Below, piece after piece: positions 19,238 through 28,042 of a DNA stretch of 64,000 nucleotides; position 1 is the stretch's first letter, and every line of letters begins with the position of its first letter. The stretch covers positions 9,435-73,434 of the forward strand of contig JBMHCE010000055.1 of NCBI GenBank assembly GCA_049890075.1, read 5' to 3'. The DNA is from Chitinophagales bacterium. Its GTDB lineage: Bacteria; Bacteroidota; Bacteroidia; Chitinophagales; UBA8649. The notes beneath the pieces are model-generated. The model did not search any database. It was not told the origin of the DNA and saw only the letters and a program-made list of their open reading frames with translations. The position numbers and the translations under genes are program-made.

Positions 19238-20230
19238 TCAAGCGTTTGCCTCTGCCGAGCCTGTAGTTTCAACTTCAATAAAACTACCTATCGCCTCGTA
19301 CTTAGCGTAGCGATGCATTTTTCGTTCTTCTGGCGTCATTTCTCTCAACTGATTCAAACACCGTTTAATCTGTCGTTTTACGTTTTTGAACGTTGCTTCG
19401 CGGTTTCTATGCGCCCCGCTTGGTCCTTCTTTTACAATGGTATCTACAATCTTCAAACGTTGCATATCGTGAGCGGTAAGCTTTAAGGCTTCAGCGGCCT
19501 TTTCCTTATGCTCAGCTGATCGCCACAAGATCGTAGAGCAGCTCTCTGGGCTGATCACAGTAAACCAAGTGTTTTCCAGCATCATAATTCGATCACCAAC
19601 ACCAATACCAATTGCTCCTCCAGAAGCCCCCTCCCCGATAATTATCGAGATGATTGGAACACTTAGATTGAGCATTTCCTGTAGATTTTTTGCTATTGAC
19701 TCTGCCTGGCCTCTCTCCTCCGCACCAATGCCAGGATACGCACCAGGAGTGTCAATCAACGTAATGATTGGGCGATTAAATTTCTCAGCTAGTTTCATCA
19801 AACGCATCGCCTTTCGGTATCCTTCCGGCTTGGCCATTCCAAAGTTGTGATACTGTCGCTCCTTTGTGTTGGATCCCTTTTCTTGACCGATTACCATCAC
19901 AGGGTCACCGTCTAGGAGGGCAAAACCACCCACCATTGCTTTGTCATCACCAAACTGCCTATCACCATGAAGCTCGCAAAAATCCTGAAAGAGGTTCTTG
20001 GCATACTCGAGGGTTTTTGGGCGATCAGGATGACGAGATAGCTGAACGCGCTGCCAAGGAGACAAGTGATCAAAGATGGCCTTTTGCATCTGATCAATTT
20101 GCTTGTCTAGTTGAGCAAGTTCCTTATCGACATCCTTTCCTTCGTTTTGACGATCAATCAATTCTTCACGCTGATGATCGAGATTACGTAGGGATTCTTC
20201 AAAATCTAAGTAGGTACGCTTTTTAGCCAT
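19238..20230 (-). CDS. accA: Acetyl-CoA carboxylase carboxyltransferase alpha subunit
   Basis: YLDFE, RHPDRP, ELHGDR, IDTPGAYPGIGAEERGQ, GEGASGGA. Confidence 0.97.
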   Translation of the reverse strand: MAKKRTYLDFEESLRNLDHQREELIDRQNEGKDVDKELAQLDKQIDQMQKAIFDHLSPWQRVQLSRHPDRPKTLEYAKNLFQDFCELHGDRQFGDDKAMVGGFALLDGDPVMVIGQEKGSNTKERQYHNFGMAKPEGYRKAMRLMKLAEKFNRPIITLIDTPGAYPGIGAEERGQAESIAKNLQEMLNLSVPIISIIIGEGASGGAIGIGVGDRIMMLENTWFTVISPESCSTILWRSAEHKEKAAEALKLTAHDMQRLKIVDTIVKEGPSGAHRNREATFKNVKRQIKRCLNQLREMTPEERKMHRYAKYEAIGSFIEVETTGSAEANA

Positions 20231-20349
20231 AGTTCGAAACTACAAATTCAACGAGAAAATGAATTGATTTCTTATCACAATTCATCGACAATGTTGGTCA
20301 CAAGTCTACTTGCGCCAATGCAGAAGGTTTTAGGCGTCAATAAATGCGC

Positions 20350-21291
20350 TTACTTTCGCTTCGTACGATTGTACAGCGTAATATCCGGCGAGAACAAAAA
20401 CTTGAGGATCACACCTGTCCAACTTTTATAACTGTGCAGATTGTTGTAGTATTCCGGAGCAATTTTGCGCAACATCGGAAGACGGCTTCCCGGTATGTTT
20501 GGGAAATCGTGATGCTCATTGTGATAGCCAACATTATATGTCACCAAGTTGAGTGGGCCATAATAAGAGTACGTTTCCTGTCCCTCATGAAATACATAAT
20601 GCTCTGAGATAAAGTGCCCAGAAGTTGGATGTAGACTACCAGCTAAGACTAAGGAAAGCAGAAGATATCCTAAACCTGGTAGGCCTGCAAAATAGATGAT
20701 CGGAATCATGACCATAACCTGAAATACGATGTTCATGATAACCCACTTGTCAAAAGGCACCTTCTTTACAAACATTGGTCGTAAAGCGTAAAAGAAGATT
20801 TGGTGCATAAACCACAATACCTTACCGATGAAGCCTCTAAAAAAGTTAGCCTCACTTGGCAAGGGAATATCACTATCTACTCCATCTTTCCCTTGTTCCC
20901 AATGATGCTCATGATGATAAAATTTGAAACCCATTGCGTAAGGAACAACAATTGGAATATTCGCTACATATGCTAAGTAATTGTTTAGCTCTGGCTTTTT
21001 AAACGCCAGATTATGTGTAATCTCATGGATGGCCAGAAAGAGGGCATGAGAAATTGTTGCACCCACTAAATACGTCAGGGCAAGAAAAACATACCAAGGC
21101 ACATTGTATTGGCCAAGAAAAATTGCCACGCCAACCTGAAGACTAACCAAAATCAATACTGAATATTTCATCCAAGGATTGATTCCGTAGAGCTTTTTGA
21201 TCTCGGGATGATCTTTTAAAATAGCCCGTCTCCTTCCAATGTGTGGTTCCGGCTCTTCAGTCCAATAATAATCTGTTCGTTTTGCACCCAT
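20350..21291 (-). CDS. Sphingolipid delta-4 desaturase / C4-hydroxylase (DEGS/DES1-like membrane desaturase)
   Basis: N-terminal Lipid_DES-like segment YYWTEEPEPHIGRRRAILKDHPEIKKL; His boxes HEITH, HHEHH, HNEHH; GHFISEHY; QETYSYYGPLNLVTYNVGYHNEHHDFP. Confidence 0.88.
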   Translation of the reverse strand: MGAKRTDYYWTEEPEPHIGRRRAILKDHPEIKKLYGINPWMKYSVLILVSLQVGVAIFLGQYNVPWYVFLALTYLVGATISHALFLAIHEITHNLAFKKPELNNYLAYVANIPIVVPYAMGFKFYHHEHHWEQGKDGVDSDIPLPSEANFFRGFIGKVLWFMHQIFFYALRPMFVKKVPFDKWVIMNIVFQVMVMIPIIYFAGLPGLGYLLLSLVLAGSLHPTSGHFISEHYVFHEGQETYSYYGPLNLVTYNVGYHNEHHDFPNIPGSRLPMLRKIAPEYYNNLHSYKSWTGVILKFLFSPDITLYNRTKRK

Positions 21292-21309
21292 AATTGTATG
21301 ATTACCATA

Positions 21310-21317
21310 CAAAGGTA
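21310..21317 (-). promoter_or_regulatory. Bacteroidota sigma70 -7 element (TACCTTTG) for the desaturase
   Basis: Exact TAnnTTTG match 18 bp upstream of ATG 21291. Confidence 0.7.
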
Positions 21318-21430
21318 CGACGTCCTATCGCACATCCATGTTTTCTCTGTCATTTATGAATAGTAAACAATGAAAACGTTGTTTATCGCACCCCTCAGCA
21401 ACTAATAGATGATCTACTGATTTCAATACT

Positions 21431-21438
21431 TATTTTTG
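21431..21438 (+). promoter_or_regulatory. Bacteroidota -7 element (TATTTTTG) for the sensor kinase; near-leaderless mRNA
   Basis: TAnnTTTG match 4 bp before ATG 21443. Confidence 0.6.
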
Positions 21439-21442
21439 CGGT

Positions 21443-23470
21443 ATGTCGCGGACCGAGAATACATCGAAGTTTTCCAATCTAGAGGAATACTTAACCCATA
21501 TTCTCATGCGTTTAGTGCAAGCGGAAAATGAGTTTGAAGTGATTCGCTTACTCAATTCTGTATTTGACAACTTCCCCCAAATCAAGTATGCTGGGCTCTA
21601 CCTTAAAGACGAAATTGAAGAGAATCGTCTGTATATGCCTTTCGCCTATGGTTTTGAAATTGAAGAAGCCCGTTCAGCAAATCGATCCGCAGAAGAACGC
21701 CATCCGGGTTTCGTTATGCGAAACAAAGAGATATTACACATACCCAATACGCAAGACTACGAGGGCCTTTCCAGTTCGGAACTTGGACGAAAAACAGATG
21801 TCAAATCAAGGCTTTGGATTCCCCTACTTGACCAATCTACATGCTTTGGATCTGTTGGTGCGGCATCTGACGAGGTGAATGCCTTTGATCAAGACTTCAT
21901 TGACTTTTTTACAAAGCTTGGCACCATCTTCGGCACAGCCTTCCGGCATCAAATGCATAAGCATGTCTTAATGTCTAGGGAAAGTAGCTACCGCCATCTA
22001 GTTGATGAAAGCTATGATCTTGTTATGGTAGTAGACAACACGTTTAAGCTACTTTTTTGTAATGCAGCTTGGATGGACACCATGCGTTACAATCAGGAGG
22101 AGATAAACGCCATGCGTTTTACAGATCTTTTGGTTCAAGATTCTGAATATCAATCCATTGTTGATATGCTTAGTAGCATGATGAGTCGTGCAGATTTCTC
22201 AAGGCACGAAATCAACTTCACATTAAACTCGAAGTTTGGTGAATCTATTTATCTAGAAGGGATCGGGGTAACGTATGCAACGGAAGACCACAAGGCAGTA
22301 GAGTTTGTCGTAAAGAACATTACCACGCAGGTTTTAACTGAAAAGCGTATTCAAAACTTAGCCCGTTTTCCAATGGAAAACCCCAATCCTGTAATGAGGC
22401 TTTCCTTCAAAAACAAAATGTTGTTTTACAACGACGCAGGAGAAGGCATTGTCAACCAACTTGGAAAGGAAGGCCGAACAGGTGAATTCTGCCCCTTCGG
22501 CCCTATCATCGAACAGTGCATTGAAAAAGGGTTTGCCATAGAAGATGTTTCTATTGGGAATCAAATTTTTTCCTTTTCAGCTGTTGCTATCCAAAGCGAG
22601 CGTTATGTAAACTTTTACGGCCGAGATGTCACTGAACGTGTTGAAACAGAAAGAAAACTTGAGATTGAGCGCGATAAACTACAAACCATGACCGACGAGG
22701 TGAATGCGCTTAATGACACCTTAGCCAATCAACTGACCCTAATCTCTGACAACCTAAAACAAACAGGAAAAGAACAGAATCAGTTGTCGCTGCTGTTCGG
22801 GCATGATCTCAAATCCCCAGCTCGGCAAGTAAGCACGATGTCCTCCTTGCTCAAGCGGTATCTGAAGGAAGAACCTCATGCCAACCCAAGAATAGAACAG
22901 ATAACCAACCATTTGTTCGAGTCCTCTGCTCGTTTAGAGGCAATGATGACTGGGCTTCAGAAGTTTACAGGAATTAATCAAGACAAAATCGAACTCCTCG
23001 AGTTTGACGTCTTGGAAACGATGAAATCCATTGCCCACTTACTTGTACAGGGTGACACAACCTATCAAAAACATCAGATAGTTTGGATTCATGAAGAAGT
23101 AAGCTACTCTATTGTATCAGATAACAGCATGTTCTCTTTGATGATACAAAACTTAATCTCCAATGCCCTGAAATACAGTGCAGAGGAAACTCATCCGAAG
23201 GTGACCATCCAGACAAAAAAAGTCGGAAAATTTCTTGAAATCACTATCCGAGACAATGGTATTGGCTTTGCCCCGGGTTCAAAGGAGAAGTTGTTCAATA
23301 TGTTTTATCGTGAAAAACGCGGGGACTTCGAAGGAACTGGAGTTGGTCTTGCCTCCGCATTAAAAATTGCCGACATACTCAATGCCTTTATTCAGGCGGA
23401 TGGGAAGGAAGGAGAAGGGGCCTCATTTACCCTCACGATTCCCCTTTCGCTCAGCCCAAAACAGTCCTAA
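21443..23470 (+). CDS. Soluble GAF-PAS sensor histidine kinase
   Basis: GAF-like N-terminus, PAS motifs (CNAAW, ENPNPVMR), H-box HDLKSP, NLISNALKY, DNGIG, GTGVGL; no TM segment. Confidence 0.9.
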   Translation: MSRTENTSKFSNLEEYLTHILMRLVQAENEFEVIRLLNSVFDNFPQIKYAGLYLKDEIEENRLYMPFAYGFEIEEARSANRSAEERHPGFVMRNKEILHIPNTQDYEGLSSSELGRKTDVKSRLWIPLLDQSTCFGSVGAASDEVNAFDQDFIDFFTKLGTIFGTAFRHQMHKHVLMSRESSYRHLVDESYDLVMVVDNTFKLLFCNAAWMDTMRYNQEEINAMRFTDLLVQDSEYQSIVDMLSSMMSRADFSRHEINFTLNSKFGESIYLEGIGVTYATEDHKAVEFVVKNITTQVLTEKRIQNLARFPMENPNPVMRLSFKNKMLFYNDAGEGIVNQLGKEGRTGEFCPFGPIIEQCIEKGFAIEDVSIGNQIFSFSAVAIQSERYVNFYGRDVTERVETERKLEIERDKLQTMTDEVNALNDTLANQLTLISDNLKQTGKEQNQLSLLFGHDLKSPARQVSTMSSLLKRYLKEEPHANPRIEQITNHLFESSARLEAMMTGLQKFTGINQDKIELLEFDVLETMKSIAHLLVQGDTTYQKHQIVWIHEEVSYSIVSDNSMFSLMIQNLISNALKYSAEETHPKVTIQTKKVGKFLEITIRDNGIGFAPGSKEKLFNMFYREKRGDFEGTGVGLASALKIADILNAFIQADGKEGEGASFTLTIPLSLSPKQS

Positions 23471-23685
23471 GAAGGGAATTTTATCAATGCTTTAACATTT
23501 AGCCGTTTCGATTAACAGCGCGGTCCTTCCTTTCTAAGTCAGGGAGTTAAACCTCCTAAATTCTAAGGTATTTCATAGTAGTTTCCCCTAAATCAAGTCT
23601 TTTGAGATGTTTACCACACCCCTCATAACATCACACCTTATGATACGATTTAATCTATATGACGTATACTTAGTATGAGTTTGGT

Positions 23686-24861
23686 ATGAATTTAGCTATG
23701 ATTCTGCCCTTAAGACTTCTCGAGATGATTGGGAAAACAAAACATAACGCGCTGATTCTTTGCATTATACTCATTCTTGGAGTGAGGATGCCAAGTGCCT
23801 ATGGACAAGCTAGTATTCTGGAACAGGCTAAACAGGCCATTGAAGATATGCAGTATGCTCAAGCACTCAGCCTGATCGACTCCTCGTTAGCCATGTACCC
23901 AACCTGGGAGGAGCACTATTTTTATCGAAGTGTTGTCCTGCAAAAACTTCGACGCTACGAAGAATCCCTGGGAGATATCAATACCTTTTTAACCATCCAT
24001 CCGGATAATGCAGAGGCTATCCATAACAAAGCCACTATTCTTTCTGATTTACGACAATTTCAAGAATCGTTGATATTCCATCAAAAGGCCATTCAACTCA
24101 AACCCAACGAAGCACAGTACTATGCGACGGCAGGAATTGCAGCCTTTGACCTTAACCAATTTGACTTGGCAGAGATGTATCTAAAGGAGTCTATTGCCAT
24201 GGATCAACATGTCGCTATTACCCACAGTTACCTAGGATTGATGTACATTCTTCAACAAAGACTGGCTGAAGCACGAGAACCTCTTGACCTCGCCATTCGC
24301 ATTGAGCCGGATAACTACCACGCCAATTTTCATCGTGGGCTATATTACCGACTTTCGGGATTTCCCGATTCAGCACTTTATGATTACGAGAAAGCATTGG
24401 CGATTAAACCCAATGATTACAAACTTCATTTAAACATATGCATCGCCTATTTAGACATGAAAATGTACGAAGAGGCGTTAGCAAGCTGCAATCAATCCAT
24501 CGCACTTAATGGAAGCCTTGCAGAGCAATATGTAAATCGCGGAGTGGCTTATCTCAACTTGGAAAGGTATACCGAGGCACTTGATGATTTTGATCATGCA
24601 CTACGCATTAGACCCGATAATGTCCGTGCTATGTTAAGTAGGGCCAAAGTCTTCTACAAGACCAAAGAAGTTAACAAGGCCATCGATGCTGCAGGTAAGG
24701 CAATCAACATGAAACCAGATTTTGGTGATGCGCATCATTTATACGGCATCTTACTGATTACAACAGGAAGAAAGAACGACGGGTGCCGGCATGTCGAAAT
24801 AGCTTGTGAGTTGCATGACTCCTATGCCTGCGAGACCTTAGGAAGTATCTGTGGAAAGTAG
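23686..24861 (+). CDS. Secreted tetratricopeptide repeat protein
   Basis: Multiple 34-aa TPR units (A..P.N..A..NRG); hydrophobic N-terminal segment; exact start uncertain. Confidence 0.88.
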   Translation: MNLAMILPLRLLEMIGKTKHNALILCIILILGVRMPSAYGQASILEQAKQAIEDMQYAQALSLIDSSLAMYPTWEEHYFYRSVVLQKLRRYEESLGDINTFLTIHPDNAEAIHNKATILSDLRQFQESLIFHQKAIQLKPNEAQYYATAGIAAFDLNQFDLAEMYLKESIAMDQHVAITHSYLGLMYILQQRLAEAREPLDLAIRIEPDNYHANFHRGLYYRLSGFPDSALYDYEKALAIKPNDYKLHLNICIAYLDMKMYEEALASCNQSIALNGSLAEQYVNRGVAYLNLERYTEALDDFDHALRIRPDNVRAMLSRAKVFYKTKEVNKAIDAAGKAINMKPDFGDAHHLYGILLITTGRKNDGCRHVEIACELHDSYACETLGSICGK

Positions 24862-25668
24862 TTAGACTTTGTTTTCATATTGTCTACGCAACGCAGTCCA
24901 CATCGGTCGATAGGCTTCTTCCACTTGCCGAAGGTCTTCGGAAGAAATCAACGGATGGTTAGACCGACTCATCTTGCCTACGAATAAGAGACTGTAGCGT
25001 AAACTAGCTCGCATGATTCTCGTAGAAAAGGAGATTGGGTTAAATACCTGACGGGGTCGCTTTTTTAGATCAATACGAGCCGCTACACGTTGTAGAAATA
25101 GCAGCTGCCTATCGGTATAGGAAGCATGCTTGGTCTTGAGATTTACTTTTTGCCAATCGATTCTGGCTGATAATAGACGCAACCAAGCTTCTAGATAATC
25201 GCTGAGGTCTGCCTTCATGTCTTCGTAAAACAAGACGGTCACAGGTTGCAAAAAGAGCTGAGAGAGCATTGTAATTTGAGCATCATATTGCAAATCGCAT
25301 TGCTTAAAACATCCCTCATCTTGATCAAGATCAAAGAAATTTTTAAACTCCCCACGAAATCCATTTTTCACCGCTCGGCGATACTGTGAAGCAATGTAAC
25401 TGTCCGGTCTTCGTAAAACTATAATGGGTTGTGCTTCGGGAAATGATTTAGCGAACTTTCGTGCCTCTGATTCCAATTGCTGATCGAATTCTCTTGAGAC
25501 TAAAATCGAAGAGTTCGGGTGGCTAGCGATAAATGATTGAGCTCGATGAAAGCGATTACGAGGCAGGTAGTTGATACCCATTAACCTCGGGAAAAACCTA
25601 TCCTGTAAAAAGGTTGAACCTGTTTTTCCTAGACCCACATGAAAGTAGATACGTCGCTCAGAATTCAT
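24862..25668 (-). CDS. Sulfotransferase-fold protein
   Basis: 5'-PSB-like HVGLGKTGSTFLQ; 3'-PB-like LRRPDSYIASQY; YED. Confidence 0.75.
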   Translation of the reverse strand: MNSERRIYFHVGLGKTGSTFLQDRFFPRLMGINYLPRNRFHRAQSFIASHPNSSILVSREFDQQLESEARKFAKSFPEAQPIIVLRRPDSYIASQYRRAVKNGFRGEFKNFFDLDQDEGCFKQCDLQYDAQITMLSQLFLQPVTVLFYEDMKADLSDYLEAWLRLLSARIDWQKVNLKTKHASYTDRQLLFLQRVAARIDLKKRPRQVFNPISFSTRIMRASLRYSLLFVGKMSRSNHPLISSEDLRQVEEAYRPMWTALRRQYENKV

Positions 25669-26843
25669 AACAAATCTTGAGCGACATCTGTGGCCATAAT
25701 CTTCTGTATCAGCTGTTGAAGGATATCGAGATCAATACCATAGCCAATAACAAAGAAAATGAAGAGACCATACAAGGCAACAAGTCCGAATGACTTTTGT
25801 CTTAAACCAAATCTTGGCGTAATCAAGAGAAAAATGGCAGGCACGGTTAAAAGAATAAGCACCCATCGAAGGATGACCGAAAATGCCCAATCTTCCTTGT
25901 GAATAAAAGCATAAAGCACCCCGTTATCATTGAGAAGAACATAAAGGAAGACGGGAAGACCTAGCGCAAAACAGATATCGAAAATATTACTACCCAGCGC
26001 ATTGGAAAGAGCATCCGCCGTATTGCCCTTTTTAGCATCACGTACAGAGATAAACAAATCAGGTACACTTGTCGCTGATGCAGCTATTACAAGAGCAACA
26101 ACAAGAATGGGAATATCCCAGAGCATGCCAAGCTCTTCGCATAGATAGACAAGAATCAAACAACTTATTCCCATAAAAAGCATAGCGGTAAAGAGGGTTA
26201 CCCATGCCCGTAAAGCATTTATGCCTTTGTTTTGTGTGAATAAACTGTAGAAATCAAGGCGAACGGCATGGGCAAGTAGAGATCGATCTTTTTCATCGAT
26301 GTCCTTTTCCGTTACATCTTCCTTTGGTGTTGATTTGTGCTCAACAGATTCAGGGCTTGAGCTATTTTGTTTCATTAGGAACACGAGATAAACCCCATAA
26401 AACAGCATGAGTAACAATCCATGCCACCAATGCATCTCGGGTTGAACTAACACAAGAAGTAATCCTTGAGCGATCAAGAGAAAGATGGCATCACGCCATA
26501 GAGATTTTCGCGTAGCAAGATTGTGCAAGGACACCGTCTTTTGCTTTGTGTATAGCAGTGTTCCAAGCACAGCGCTTGGAATAATGAGTAAGTTAAATAG
26601 AGCACTGCCTACCATAGTACCAAAGCCTCCAGCAAAACCCTCTTCATTTCCTGCAATTGAAAGAAAGAATATTGCCGTGAACAATTCCGGCATGCTACTG
26701 CCTATAGCATTAATAGTAGCGCCGCGAATTCCTGGGGCCATATCTCGGCCGAGGTAAGAGGAAGCCCGTTCAAAACTCTCACTGGTTGCCCAAATAACAT
26801 AACTTAAGATGACTATAACAAACAAATAGCCGAGGGCTACCAT
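25665..26843 (-). CDS. Na+/Ca2+ (CaCA family) antiporter
   Basis: Alpha repeats AIGSSMPEL..GSALFN and ATSVPD..GSNIFD; about 10 TM helices. Confidence 0.92.
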   Translation of the reverse strand: MVALGYLFVIVILSYVIWATSESFERASSYLGRDMAPGIRGATINAIGSSMPELFTAIFFLSIAGNEEGFAGGFGTMVGSALFNLLIIPSAVLGTLLYTKQKTVSLHNLATRKSLWRDAIFLLIAQGLLLVLVQPEMHWWHGLLLMLFYGVYLVFLMKQNSSSPESVEHKSTPKEDVTEKDIDEKDRSLLAHAVRLDFYSLFTQNKGINALRAWVTLFTAMLFMGISCLILVYLCEELGMLWDIPILVVALVIAASATSVPDLFISVRDAKKGNTADALSNALGSNIFDICFALGLPVFLYVLLNDNGVLYAFIHKEDWAFSVILRWVLILLTVPAIFLLITPRFGLRQKSFGLVALYGLFIFFVIGYGIDLDILQQLIQKIMATDVAQDLL

Positions 26844-26869
26844 AATGATGCTTTACTGAGGTTACCTTT

Positions 26870-26877
26870 CAAAGGTA
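26870..26877 (-). promoter_or_regulatory. Bacteroidota -7 element (TACCTTTG) for the antiporter-sulfotransferase pair
   Basis: Exact TAnnTTTG match 26 bp upstream of ATG 26843. Confidence 0.65.
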
Positions 26878-26902
26878 CAAAGTTGTTTAGTAGAGAAGAG
26901 AC

Positions 26903-27334
26903 CTAATTTAACTGATCCCTAAAACGCAAAGAGCGCATGCTAGCATAAAAGGCTAAGGCCATTGCCACTGTAATGGATAACACATCCCATAGATCAAACG
27001 TACCCGATCCAAGGTATTGGGAAAACTCAATCCCATAGATGAAGAGCGCGCCAAAAAGCACCCAAAGGAATTTCATTGAGTTTTTAGCATCCTTCCAGAT
27101 TACAAGAAAAATATACATCAGCGCAAAGGCCCACAATGCATCAGGAAGTTGAAACAAAACAAACTCTGCAAATCGAGAATCTCCAAGTCGATAAGGCATA
27201 TGCGGCCTGAGGGCATCCATAAAGGGGAACCAATGATCAAGCATCAAACCCGGTTTACGGAAAAACACATAGATGATAAATCCAACCAACAGAGGGAGAA
27301 ATACAAAAAAAATAAGTCGATAGAGCCTGCGCAC
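26903..27334 (-). CDS. Hypothetical membrane protein (VanZ/DUF2809-like)
   Basis: 4 TM helices; LPDALWAF, EFSQ..GTFDLWD. Confidence 0.7.
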   Translation of the reverse strand: MRRLYRLIFFVFLPLLVGFIIYVFFRKPGLMLDHWFPFMDALRPHMPYRLGDSRFAEFVLFQLPDALWAFALMYIFLVIWKDAKNSMKFLWVLFGALFIYGIEFSQYLGSGTFDLWDVLSITVAMALAFYASMRSLRFRDQLN

Positions 27335-27400
27335 GAGTGATAAGCTTACTTAAATTTAGGAATTAAATCACTTTATCCTCCTGATTTATACACAGCAACC

Positions 27401-28042
27401 ATGACTCAACCCCTTTTAGCAATCGTTGCGCAAGGCAATGATGATGAGATTTTAAATGACTATAGACAACATCAGCTGCAGCCCTTAATTGATTATTTAG
27501 TACACAAACTATCTACAGGACAAATGGCATCAATCCTGTTTGTCTGCACTCACAACTCAAGGCGCAGCCAATTCAGTCAAACGTGGGCGCAATTAAGTGC
27601 TAACCACTTTAATCTCGCTATACAATGTTTTAGCGGAGGAACGGAAGTAACGGCTTGTAATCCAAGAACTATTGATTCGCTTAATCGATCAGGTCTTGAT
27701 ATTGACTGCAAAGCATCAGGAGATGACAATCCGCATTATCTCGTTTCATGTCGTGATAGCACCGACCCGATTGAACTGTATTCAAAACGATTAGATGACC
27801 CTAAAAATCCCGTAGAACATTTTGCGGCAGTGATGACCTGTGACCACGCTGATCAAAACTGTCCAACGATTCTTGGCGCCGATCGCAGAATTCCTATTCG
27901 TTATGAAGACCCCAAGGCCTTTGATGATAGCCCACAAGAAGCCGTAATGTATGATACTCGCTCAAGGCAGATTGCAACAGAAATGCACTATATCATGCAA
28001 AAAACAACAGAAGCCTTGTCGCAAGGCGAGCGTCAAGATTAA
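27401..28042 (+). CDS. Low-molecular-weight PTPase / ArsC-like arsenate reductase
   Basis: FVCTHNSRRSQ P-loop, SGGTE, MTCDHADQNCP, YEDPK. Confidence 0.88.
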   Translation: MTQPLLAIVAQGNDDEILNDYRQHQLQPLIDYLVHKLSTGQMASILFVCTHNSRRSQFSQTWAQLSANHFNLAIQCFSGGTEVTACNPRTIDSLNRSGLDIDCKASGDDNPHYLVSCRDSTDPIELYSKRLDDPKNPVEHFAAVMTCDHADQNCPTILGADRRIPIRYEDPKAFDDSPQEAVMYDTRSRQIATEMHYIMQKTTEALSQGERQD

